From contig OY253682.1 in NCBI GenBank assembly GCA_958009085.1, positions 496,001 through 560,000 of the forward strand: a stretch of 64,000 bases of DNA, given 5' to 3'. Positions 47,523-59,697 of the stretch are shown here, piece after piece. Source of the DNA: Protoeuglena noctilucae (lineage: Eukaryota). Position numbers and translations under genes: made by a program. The first letter of the stretch is position 1, and each line of letters opens with the position of its first letter. Below the pieces are notes generated by a model, which saw only the letters and a program-made list of their open reading frames with translations, did not search any database and was not told the origin of the DNA.

Positions 47523-49987
47523 CTACTCCTCCTCGCCCTCGCCCTCCGGCTCCGGCACGACCCGCGGCGGCAGCTCGACGGACTCCAGCAGCTTCTGGGG
47601 GTACTCGAATGCCACGGCCGGGGGCGGCACGGGCACGAACGGGGCGTTCTTGATGGCCCAGCCGACGTACACGTTGGCGAAGTCGTGCCCGGCGGCCACA
47701 GCCACGGCTCCCGGCCACAGGTTGGAGCGCATGGCCACGGCACGGTACTTGACGCCCGGCGATCCCGACGACGGGACTGCGGAGACGGGAGCGGGCGATG
47801 ATCTGGGCCGGAGCCATGGCGGCAGCGCTGCGTGGGAGTGCCTCGATCAACCCAACCCCCGCACCTGCCGTCCACGCGGGCCCGCCCATGACGGGGTTGT
47901 CCGCCTGGATCTCCTTGAGGGGCTCGGGGCCCTCCTCTGCCTCCTCCTCCGTCGGCTCCTTCTCCTCCTCCTCATCCTGCATTGCACAGGGAGGCAACAA
48001 GCATGTTGTATATGACGCGACCGTGACGAGGCGATTGTTGAGGAGACGGCTTTGTCTGTAGACCATACGCACAACAGTGGTGAAAGAAAAGGAGCAGCGC
48101 TGGCCAGAGGCAGGGGGGCCAGGGGGAGTCTCACCTCGGCTTCGGGCTTCCAGACCACGCAGCGGCCCTGCAACTTGATGTGCGGCAGGCGGTGCACCCA
48201 CGACTCTGGCGAGACGAGCTCCTCCGCCGGCTTGGGCTCGAACTCCTCCGCCTGCGGGGTAGGACCACGGATGCCCCTTGCTGCATGAGGCCGGCTAAGC
48301 CACAAACCCCCAAGGTGCCCCAACTCTCTGCCTGGCAAGTCGCCGCGAAGGACAGGCGTCGGTTCACGCAAGTCCTCGCACCTTGGTGACCTCCTCCGCC
48401 TCCTCGTCGTAGTTGAACAGCCCGGCGGGCGCGAGCACCGTCGAGTGAGCGATACGGGCGATCTGGGCGCGCAGGAACTCGGCCTCCTTGCCGGGGAAGG
48501 GCGGGTAGGCGGACACGGGTGCCTCAACGTTGCCTGCGAGGGCGTGGGTCCACGCAGCTCTCGATTCGGCAAAAGGGAGGGAATCTTCCAAGCCTCGGGC
48601 AAGGTCTCCGATGACGACGCTTGCTGATGTCGCGGAAGCAGAGCGGGCATCTCACCGGTCATGAGCTTCTTCAGCTGCCGTGCGGCCTTGATCTGCTTGG
48701 GCGTGATGTCCGGCAGGCGTGTGAAGGGCCCGCCCAGGGTGTTGCACACGAAGTACGTGAACGTGTTGATGCCGGTGGCGTGCTCCGTCGGCACCTCGCC
48801 AGGAGCCGTCTGTGTGCGCAGTGGTGGGCAGACGCCGGTCTGGTCTCGCGCAGCAGCCACGTTGAATGCCCCCCGTCAAAAATCCGTCACTCGTCACCTC
48901 GCTCGGCTCCCCGACCTCCTTCGGTGTCGACTCAAACACGTAGTAATCCGCGTGGGTCCCCAGGATCTGCGCGCATGACGCCACGGCACCCACATCCGCG
49001 ACGGTGAGTTCATGGCACGCTGCGGGGCAGGACTGGGGTGCCTGCGACAGCACGGTACCTTGCCGAAGAAGCGGCACGTAGCCAAATTGTACTCGACGGT
49101 CTCCCCGAGCTTCTTCATGGCGAGCATCGTGCCGTACATCTCCTGCTTGGACAACCCGCAGCCCACGAGCTCCATCAGGTGTGCGTGCAGCGTCAGGTCC
49201 TCGCACTCGAACTCGTTCGGAGGCTCCGACTCCTGCAGCGCAAAGCGTTCGGGTTGCGCAAACGGCGTGAGCAGGTGCAAGACGGCTTCCAAAGGCACGC
49301 ACGCGTCGCAGGGGCCCGCACCTTGACCTCCCCAGTCTCAGGGTCCACGTCGCGGCTCAGGGCGCCGAAGAGTCCGAGAGTGGAGCGCGTGTTTTCCAGG
49401 ACCGCCGCGTCGGGCTTCACGGGCTGCGTGCAGGGTTGGGGGGCGTGAGAAACAAAGGGCAACATGCACGAGCTTCCCCGACACCCCTCGCGAATGCTGC
49501 GCACTCACCAGGATGGGATCGCTCAGCGAGGGCATGTTGGCGGTCTTCTGCAGGCGCGAGAGGCAGCGCAGAGCGCAGTTAAGGAAGGGAGGACAGGCGC
49601 AGTGCGTCGCGTTGCATCCCCGACGCAGTCGCAGCGCCCCAGCACAGGCAGAGGCGGCGCAGTCACCTTCACGAGAAGCGATGCTTCCAACAGGTCGACA
49701 GGGTCCATGGGCTTGTCCTCCAGGATCTGCGGGGACGTTGAAGCCTCAGCCATGGCACGGGCCATTTGGAGCCCCGCCGGACCGTCTGCAGCGGCCCCAT
49801 GCGCACCGACCGGCGAAGATCATGAAATAAAAGGCAGCCGAAGCTTGGATGGCACGGCAGATGGAGAGCGGGCCACGCATGTCACCTTCTTCACGACCCC
49901 AGCCAAGTGGTCAAAGACGGAGAGGTCGTCCTTCGAGCGGACCTGGTGCAGGTAGGAGACCGCATCAGCGACACTGTCCGCAAGCAT
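47523..49987 (-). CDS. Flagellar radial spoke head protein RSP4/6 (RSPH4/6 family)
   Basis: LSVFDHL; CRFFGK|ILGTHADYYVFE; TGINTFTYFVCN..FTRLPDITPKQIKAAR; YPPFPGKEAEFLRAQIARIAHST; RSNLWPGA..ANVYVGW. Confidence 0.9.
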
Positions 49988-50693
49988 GATGGGACCCTTT
50001 CTCAATCACGGGCGTCGCCCACGCGCGCTCGTCCCGCTTCACGCCTGTCACGGAGGCCGGGTCCCGCGGAGCCGGCGGCCGATGTCTCAGAACCTGCACA
50101 CGCGAGCATGAAATCAAGAAATGTCCGTCGCCGAATATTGGGAGCCTCGTGGCCTGCGGCAGGGCCAGGGAGATGGCGCACAGCTGCGACATGCGGGCCA
50201 CCGCCTCGCGAGACACGCGTGCGCCCGGGCCATCCGCCGCCAGAGATAAGCCACCCACGCTTTGAGACGTACCTGTTGCGGGTGACTGCCCCTTCACGGC
50301 GACGACCTGGGCCTGTCTGCACTGGCGAATCCTGCAATGGCTCTGCGCGAGGTCACCAGCGTCCCCGTGCTCTGTTAGATGTGGCAATGAGCTACGCGGC
50401 GAGCAGACTCGAGCCGAATCGATTCAATCGTGCCCGAGACGACGTGCCAGTACGGGTCCGGCCTGCAGCGACACCCCCGACGCGTCCCAGGTTTACCCAG
50501 CGCCTGAGCTTCGATCGAAGTTCGCTCACACCCGAGAAAGCGAGTAGGACACGGCCCTTCAACGGAGCGTCGTGCCAGGGGGCACCGGGAGTCAAGGGCC
50601 GCGTCGTGCGCTTGCTACAACGAGACAGGTCATGGGAGGCTAGGTGTATGCGGGGGTAGGCAGGGCAGTCAGCGCGTCAGCGCGCAGGGCTGT

Positions 50694-51602
50694 TCACGCG
50701 ACGACCTCCACCTCATCCAGCGCGTAGTTGTTGGTCGTCACGCCCGCGTAGTTGCACTTCTCGAAGCGCACCACCACCGGGTAGCGGATCCCCGACTGCG
50801 GGATCGAACGGGAGGCGACGAGAATGAGAGTGTGCTCCGCGACATGGGAATCGGGTCGCGGTGCCACATGGGTCCTTGCCACCCGGGGCCTCCGATGCGC
50901 ATCCGCGCAGCCAGCCGCTCCCTGCGGTCCTCACCTGGTCGACGGACACAACCTTCCCCGTGTCGTTGAACCAGTACGACTCCGGCCGCGTGATCTTGAC
51001 CTGCGGCCATGACAACGGGCGTATCGCACGTGAGCCGTGAACCCCACCCTCCGTGCGCGCCACTGAACCGCTCCATCAACATGCCCCAAGCGACGGCTGC
51101 CGGCCAACGACGGCGAAACGCTCGGCCAGGGGCAGACCAGACCCGCAGCGCCACTCCGCGCTTTGGATCCCCAGCCCTTGCAAGCACGACCCGACCCCAG
51201 GCGCAGAGCTGGCCCTCACCGTGGCACCGCGCGGGGGACCCACAGCCTTGGGGGCCTCCGCCTTCTCGGTCTTCTCAGCACGGACCATCACCCGCGCCCG
51301 AGAAGGGGCTGCGGCGCAGGGGTCAGGGGGGGCCGAGGTAAGCGGCGGGCCGCACCGCAAAAGCGTTGACTGTGGCTCAGCGTGCAGCGGGCAGCCCGTG
51401 CCGTGCGCGGACGGCCTCGCCGAGGCGCGGGCGCCCAGCATGGCGACCCCCCCTCGTACCAAGCCCTGCCGCCCCCGGGAGGGCCGCGCAGGGTGTCCGA
51501 GGGGCCCCGCGCGCGCTGCAGCCCCCCATGCGGTGCAGTCGCGCAGGCCTCACCCGCCCGGGCAGCCGCGAACCCAGCCTTGAAGGTCGCAGAGGCCTGC
51601 AT
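50694..51602 (-). CDS. psaE: Photosystem I subunit IV with transit peptide
   Basis: [59 protein letters not shown]. Confidence 0.95.
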
Positions 51603-52350
51603 GGTTCTTGATCCCTCCTGCGCGGGGGGGAGGGGGCGCACGGGGTCAGCGGCGATATATTCATGCGCGGCGATGGTCGGAAACGGGGCGCGGGAGCGCC
51701 AATGGCGGGGACGGGGCGCTGGGCGCGGAATGGCCGATGCGATTCGGATGACGGGCTCCGGCGCGCTGCGCGGCCCACGACGGGGAGATGCGGCCTCCCG
51801 CATGCCATGAGCCCAAAACGACATCGCGGCGCGTCGGGGGCGCCCCGCTCGCCGCGGGCGGGACGGGAGGGCGCCCGGGCAGAATCAGCTCCTGCCCGGA
51901 CCCCAAGCGCACGCCGGAAACAGCACCGGCCGGCCCCCCCGTCCCAAAGCGACCGAAAATGCGCAGCGGCAGGCCATCGCAGGCGGGGGGTCAGGCGTGG
52001 CGGCAAGGGCGTCAAAATCGCCGTGGATCCCCGAAAACCATGGGTCCCCGCGGTCCCGGGGGGCAGAAGGGGCTGCAGCGGCACCTTTTCGAGCGGCGGA
52101 AGTCCGAGATCGCTCTGGGCGGGTCGCCGCGGAGCACATGGGGAGCCGTTGGGGGAAGGCCCCCATCTGTCAGGTCCGACGGGGGGGGGCAGCGAGGGTC
52201 CCTCCCTCGTCGCGCGCTTCCGGATGAGCCATGTTGATCGCTGGCGTCACCCTGCGCATCGCTGCTGCAGACGCCCGCGGGGTTCCCACCACTCCTCCGC
52301 GTCCCAGGCCGTTCACGCGCTCCTTGCCGTGTGCGCGAGCTCACTTTGCA

Positions 52351-52360
52351 ACTATATAGC
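52351..52360 (+). promoter_or_regulatory. Possible TATA box upstream of pyruvate carboxylase
   Basis: ACTATATAGC in a GC-rich context, ~105 bp before the ATG at 52463. Confidence 0.4.
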
Positions 52361-52462
52361 GGCTCGGACGTCCGCAGACGCTGCCCGCTCGCGCTGCTGG
52401 CGCTGCTGGCGTGACTCGACTTCCCCCTGGCCCTCGGCCGGAGCAGTGCCGCGCGCCGCCCG

Positions 52463-55400
52463 ATGATGCTCTCGTCGCCTGTCGCCGTCTCAGGCGCTCC
52501 CCTGCGAGCCAGCCTCAGGTGCGTGGCCCCGGTATCTTCCCCCGGCCGGGTGGCCGTGCAGAGGTTTTCATGGGACGGCAGCTAAAGCTCCTCCGCGGGA
52601 AAGGCGCTGCCGATGCGGGCCTTGGGTGCGCCGGACGCATCTTCTGGGCGGTGTTGGATCGGAGACATGCGTCATGCGCTTCGCGGTCCGCCCTGCGCGC
52701 GGCCGGGCAGCGATTTCAGCCGCCGCTGGAGGAACTCCCTCGCCCGGCCCGCTGCGCCTCCCTCACGTTTTCTGCGCCGCCGCGCCACCCTCGCACGCGA
52801 TCTACAATCTGTAGCGCGTGTCGAGCAGCCTGGGATGGATTGCGTCGCCTCGCCTCGCCGGGGTGGCCGATGAGCTCCCACACCCGTGCGTGCAGGCGGG
52901 GCCGCGCGGCCAGCCTCGGCAGCGCCCACAGCCTGCGCGCCCAGTTCTGGTCTCTGCCATCGGCCACTGACATCACGCGGGCATCGCGCCGGGCGCCGCG
53001 GAACGTCGCGCGGCGGGCGCAGGCAGGGTCCGAGGAGGTTCGCACCCTCTCCCGCGTGCCCGGTATCAAGAAGCTCCTCGTGGCCAACCGCGGCGAGATT
53101 GCGATTCGCGTCTTCCGCGCTGCCAAGGTACGGAATATACAGCCCGCGCGGGGTGAGCCGTGCCCGCTTGCTCTACCACGGTCAGCGGACCCACCCACCC
53201 GCACCGCCCTCGCTGCCGCCTTCCGCAGGAGCTCGGCATCCGCACGGTCGCCATCTTCTCTCCCCCGGACCGCCTCTTCCCTCACCGCTTCAAGGCCGAC
53301 GAGTCCTACCAGGTAAGACCAAAGGGCGCTCGACTTGCGGCACTGTGCCTCTCCGCGCACTGGCCGGCCCGCACGCAGCGCGGCGGCCTCTGCCAGCTCG
53401 CGCGCTGGCCGTGGCGCTCCCGCACTGCCTTGGACCGGGACGCAGGTGGGCAAGCCCGACATGACGCCCGTCCAGTGCTACCTCGACATCGAGGGCATCA
53501 TTGAGATTGCCAAGAAGCACAAGGTCGACGCCATCCACCCGGGATACGGCTTCCTCTCCGAGAACGCGACCTTCGCCAGGTGTGGACCAGAAAGCATCTA
53601 GCCACCACCGGCAGGGCTTGCATGCAGAGCGCCGCAGCCAGTACCCAGCCCCTTTTGTCCCCGGGCTCGCAGGCGCTGCAAGGAGGAGGGGATCGTCTTC
53701 ATCGGTCCTGAGCACGAGACCATCACGCAGATGGGCGACAAGACGGCGGCACGCATCGCTGCTGAGGCGGCTGGTGAGGATCGCCTTCGCAAGACCACCT
53801 GCCTGGCGACACGCCTCTCCTCTCTCGCACCCCGCCGCCCCCAATGCGTCCCCGCCTCCGTCGGCGCTGGGAGGCTTTTCTTCAAAGCTCGATGGCGTTC
53901 GCGTCGCTCGGCGTGGCGACGCTTATGCCGATGCAGCCCACCCATCACCCCACGTGGCTTGCATGACCCTCCACCTGGCACGCTGGCTTGCCCACGCAGG
54001 CGTCCCGACGGTTCCCGGCACGAACAAGGCCCTGGAGAACGCCGAGCTGGCGCTGGAGTTCGCCAAGAGCGCCGGCTACCCCGTCATCCTCAAGGCGGCC
54101 ATGGGCGGCGGCGGCCGCGGCATGCGCGTTGTCCGGCGGGAGGAGGAGATGCGCGACGCGTTCCTGCGCGCCTCGAACGAGGCCAAGTCGGCGTTTGGGG
54201 ACGGCCGCATGTTCATCGAGAAGTTCATCGAGGGCCCCCGGCACATCGAGGTGCAGGTGGTGGGCGACGGCCAGGGCAACGTGGTCCACTTCTACGAGCG
54301 CGACTGCTCGGTCCAGCGCCGCCACCAAAAGGTCGTGGAGATCGCCCCCGCGCCCGACCTGAACCCCGAGGTGCGCCAGGCCATCCTGGACAGCGCCGTC
54401 AAGATCGCCCGCTACACCAACTACAAGAACGTGGGCACGGTCGAGTTCATGGTGGACAAGAACGGCGACCACTACTTCCTCGAGGTGAGGGAGGTGGCGG
54501 ACGAACGAGGGTCGGATGAAGGGTTGCGGTGGACAGGCATGGAGGGTCGCACAGGGTGGCGGAGGACGGAGCGAGCTGGGGTGGCGATCAGCCGTGGCGT
54601 GCGTGAGGGTCGTGTCGGGTCCCTCGCCGCAGGTCAATCCCCGCATCCAGGTGGAGCACACGGTGACGGAGGAGGTCACGGGCATCGACATCGTGCAGAC
54701 GCAGATTCGCATCGCCAGCGGCATGTCCCTCGCGGAGATGGGGTTCAAGTCCCAGGTGCGGTGCCCCGCAGCTCCCCTCGCTCCTCTTGCTCCTATAGCA
54801 CAGTCGGGCCATCTGCACGGCGGGGCAGTGGGTCCATGTAGAATGGTGTGAGAGTTCGACCATCACCCTCCCTCGTCCCCCCCCCCGTGCGCCCGCAGTC
54901 GGACGTCCCCATGCCGCGCAGCTTCGCCATCCAGTGCCGCGTCACCACGGAGGACCCCGAGAAGAACTTCCAGCCCGAGGTCGGCCGGATCGAGGCCTAC
55001 CGCCCCCCGGGCGGCCCCGGCATCCGCCTCGACGGCTCCCTGGGCACCGGCAACAGCATCTCGCGCTTCTACGACTCCCTCCTCACCAAGGCACGTGTTG
55101 GGTGTCGTGCACCATGCATCGTGCATCGCGCTCTGCCTTTCGTGTGTGTGGTCTGGGATGTCAAGCCCTGTGTGCTGTTGGCAACAGCCGTGACCCAGTT
55201 CCACAGAGTGTCAGCACCTCGGCTCTGCAGAGTGACAGTGACCCAACCCCAACACCGTACACCATCAATCGTGCCGCTGACCCCGATGACCACATCGCGT
55301 TCCCCCCCCCGCCCCCGCAGCTCATCGTCAAGGCCAAGGACTACCCCAGCGCGGTGCAGAAGATGAAGGGCGCCCTCGAGGAGTTCGCCGTGCGCGGCGT

Positions 55401-58400
55401 CAAGACCAACATCCCCTTCCTCATCAACGTCTTCAAGCACCCCGACTTCATGGGCGGCGCCGTCACCACCAAGTCCATTGAAGAGAACCCGAGCCTGTTC
55501 GAGTTCCAGGACACGGACGGGGAGATGCGCGGGAGCAAGATCCTCAACTATCTCGCGGAGACGGTGAGGGGACGGGGCGCGTGCGGGGGGGGTCCGGCAC
55601 TTGCAGGGTGTTGGGGTCTTCGCTGAGCGTTCAATGATGTGCTTGTGCCATGCGCCTTACCCCAACAGCCTTTCTCGGTTGTTTGGTATACGGATGCGTA
55701 TGCTGAGACACGAATGGGGATCTCAACTGGCGCATCTGGCGGCCCGTGCTTGCAGGCGGTCAACGGCCTGAGCCACCCCGGCCAGAAGGGCCCCCGTCCC
55801 AAGGCCAAGGAGCCCATGCCCCCGGCCATGCTGCCCGAGTGGAAGAAGGAGAAGCTGACGGGCTGGAGGGACGTGCTCCTGCAGGAGGGGCCCGAGGGGC
55901 TCGCCAAGAAGGTGAGGGACAGGCTGGGCGCTGGGCGATGTCCGCTCGTTGTCAGCCAGGGTACAGGCGCACACCATGTGGGCTCGTTCTGTAGCATGAT
56001 GTTACTAACATCATGCAGCAATGGCAACCAGCTGAACGTGACAGCATTGTCGCGGATGGGGATGCGAACGCTGCACTGCGGGGACAGGTACTCGCACCTC
56101 ACCGCTGCCGGCGTCGCTCACCCCGGCCCTTGGTCACACCCACTTGCAGATCCGCGCGCACAAGGGCGTCCTGCTGACGGACACCACATGGCGTGACGCG
56201 CACCAGTCGCTGCTCGCGACGCGCATGCGCACGTACGACCTCCTCAAGGCGGCGCCCTTCACGGCCCACGCCCTGCGGGAGCTGGCGTCCATCGAGATGT
56301 GGGGCGGTGCCACCTTCGACGTCTCCCTGCGCTTCCTCAAGGAGTGCCCCTGGGACCGCCTCGAGTCGCTGCGCGAGCTCGTCCCCAACATCCCCTTCCA
56401 GATGCTCCTCCGCGGCGCCAACGCGGTCGGGTACACCACCTACCCCGACAACGTCGTGGCCGAATTCGTTCGGGAGGCCAAGGTCGCGGGCATGGACATC
56501 TTCCGGTGAGCGAGGATGGCAGATGTGGGATGCCATATGTAGGTTTGGTGCAGTGCTTGGTTGATGCCTGCGCACGCGGCCGGGGTACTGTCCATGGTCA
56601 TCTATCCATGGCTATCTGTCCATGGTCATGCCAATTCGCACGACCGCACTCGCATATCGACTGGGGTTCTCACCGAGCATTCGCCCCCACGCACGCGCAG
56701 TGTGTTTGACTCGCTCAACTACGTGGACAACCTCAAGTTCGGCATGGACGCCGTCTACAAGGCCGGGGGCGTCGTGGAGGGCACCATCTGCTACACGGGC
56801 GACCTGACGAGCCCGACCCAGACCAAGTACACGCTCGACTACTACATGGGCATGGCGGAGGAGCTGGTGGAGCACGGCGTGCACATGCTGGCCATCAAGG
56901 ACATGGCGGGGCTCATGAAGCCCCAGGCGGCCACCATCCTCGTCGGGGCGCTGCGCCAGCGCTGGCCGGTGCGTGCCTGACGGCGCTTGCAATCGCAAAC
57001 CCCTGCACACGTACAACATATGCATGGTGAACATCGCATGTTCATATGTGAATTCGCGTGGCGTTCCGTGCTCGCAGGACCTGGTGATCCACGTCCACAC
57101 GCACGACACGGCGGGGACGGGCGTGGCGACGCAGCTGGCGGCGGCCGCGGCGGGGGCCGACGTGGTGGACTGCGCCATCGACTCCATGTCGGGAACCACG
57201 TCGCAGCCGTCGATGGGCGCCATCGTCAACAGCCTGGTGGGCAGCGAGCTGGACACGGGCATCAACCCGGAGCTCATCCTGCCTCTGAACGACTACTGGG
57301 AGAAGACGCGGGCGCTGTACGGCCAGTTCGAGGCCACAGACTCCCTCAAGAGCTCCTCCTCGGACGTGTACCACCACGAGATGCCCGGCGGGCAGTACAC
57401 CAACCTCAAGTTCCAGGCGGAGAGCCTCGGCCTGGGCGACGAGTGGGACAAGGTCAAGATCGCCTACGCCGCCGCCAACCGCGCCCTCGGCGACATCGGT
57501 GAGGGGCCTGGGGAGTGATGGTGTTTTGGTGGGGAGGGTGCGGGGTGGGATGGGAGCGCAGATGGTGCGAGTGCCAACTACCATGGCGCCCCGGAGCGTT
57601 GCGGGCGGCGCTGAAGCACTCGGGAGTGTCGCAGGGTGGGCTAGCTACCCCCCACCGCGTGCCGCGTGAGCGCTGAGCCTGTCCCCGCCCGCCCCGCCCC
57701 CGCAGTCAAGGTGACGCCGTCGAGCAAGGTGGTGGGCGACCTGGCGCAGTTCATGGTTCAGAACAACCTGGACGAGAAGACGGTGGTGGAGCGTGCGGAG
57801 GAGCTGTCCTTCCCCGGCTCGGTCGTGGAGTTCATGCAGGGCCTCATCGGGCAGCCGCCCCACGGGTTCCCTGAGCCCTTCCGCACCCGCGTGCTCAAGG
57901 GCAAGAGTGCCGTGGAGGGCCGCCCGGGCGCCAGCCTGCCGCCGCTCAACCTGGCCGAGCTCGAGGGCCGGCTGGTCGAGAAGTACGGGTGAGGGACATG
58001 GCTGGCATGAGAGGGAGGGGAAGCTGAGATGTGCGGGTGTGGGAGATGTGTCTGCGTGGTGTGGTTGGCAGCGAGAGTGGAAGTCAACTGAGTGGACTGA
58101 GGAGGATCGGACGTGACTCGTGCTGGTGGTCGATCCGATCCGTGTGGCCTGGTCTGGTTGACCAAGCCGCATGCCCTGACTCATCCTGCCGAGCGTCTGT
58201 TAATGCTCGCAGCAAGAACCAGATCGACAAGCGCGACGTGCTGAGCGCGGCGCTCTACCCCAAGGTGTTTGACGAGTACCGCTCCCACATCGACAAGTTC
58301 GGCACGGGCATCCCGGACCTGCCCACCACGGCATTCTGGAACCCGCTGGAGGAGGTGAGGGATACAGTGGTGGCTCATCGGGGTTGGCTAACACGGGGAT

Positions 58401-59201
58401 GGCGTGTGGTGCTGCTTTGAGGCCCACCTGTGATGGTAATGGTCTCACCGAGGCCATTGTCGGAACGGTATGATCAAGCCCAACGGTCACGGTTCACGGT
58501 TCCATCCCTGCGCCCCGCCCTGCGCACAGGACGAGGAGGTGGTGATGGACTACGCGGGCGGCCTCACGGCGCACATCAAGTACAAGGCGAAGGGCGAGCT
58601 GCAGCCGACGGGCAAGCGCGAGGTGTTCTTCGAGACCAACGGCGTGCCGCGGGTGGTGGAGGTGGTGGACCGGAACGCCTCGGCTGCCACGGACGCCAAG
58701 CCGGCCAAGGGCACGCGCGAGAAGGCACGGTCGTCGGACCAGGGCTCGGTGGGTGCGCCGATGGCCGGGGAGGTGGTGGAGGTGCTGACGAAGCCGGGGG
58801 AGAACGTCAAGGCCGGGCAGGCGCTCGTGGTGATGTCGGCCATGAAGATGGAGACGACGGTGGCAGCGCCCACGAGCGGCATGGTGCGCCACGTGGCGGT
58901 CGAGAAGGGCGACACCCTGGACGCCGGGTGAGGGATGCGGGGGGCGGGCGGGCAGCGGGTGGGCTGCAGTGGGTGGGGCGCGATTTGTGACACCGATGTG
59001 CTGCGGGGTCGACTGTTGACAGACCACGCTGGTGGCTGCACGTGCTGTACGTAGTGCCCCTCTCGGCAACGTCAATCACCACTATGACCCAATTCGATTG
59101 TCCCCAGGGACCTCTTGGTGATGATTGAGCACGCCACGGCGGCCGCCAATGGGAGCGGCAACGGCGTCCAGGCGCCGGCCAAGGCCATGGCGGACGCGTG
59201 A
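52463..59201 (+). CDS. PYC: Pyruvate carboxylase (single-chain BC-CT-BCCP) with N-terminal organellar targeting peptide, multi-exon
   Basis: [71 protein letters not shown], biotin site SAMKME. Confidence 0.95.
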
Positions 59202-59697
59202 AGCGCTGCTGTCACCAACTTAGCGCATGTTTGTTCGACCCCGACCCTCGGCGTGCGCCATGGCGGCGGGGGCTAGTGCGCCGGAGCAGGCGTGCCTGTC
59301 GTGCCGTGTGAAGTGTGTGAGCGACGTGAATTGTCAAAAAGGTCGTTGTTCAATGCACCCCGTCCGCCTCGAGAGCTGCGTGCCCCGGCGAGGGGCGGAG
59401 AGTGGGAGCCAAGCGTGCGGTCGGTAGCAAGGCCCAAAGCAGAGGAAAAAGCGGTCCTGCTGCAGCAGGCACACGCTAGGGGCGCTGCGTGGCCCAGACA
59501 GGAAGGGATCGCATGATAGATGGAGAGTGAGGGACTCAGGGCTGAGCCAAGGGCCCGGGCCGTTTGGCAAAAAAGCGGGGTCTAAGGTGGCAACCCCTAG
59601 GTCAGATGATGTGAGGTAACTGAGCGCCGTAGGGCTGGCAAAGGACAGGCCGCCGGCCCGCGATTGCGATGGGCCCCTCGCGCGCCTAGGGGCGTCG

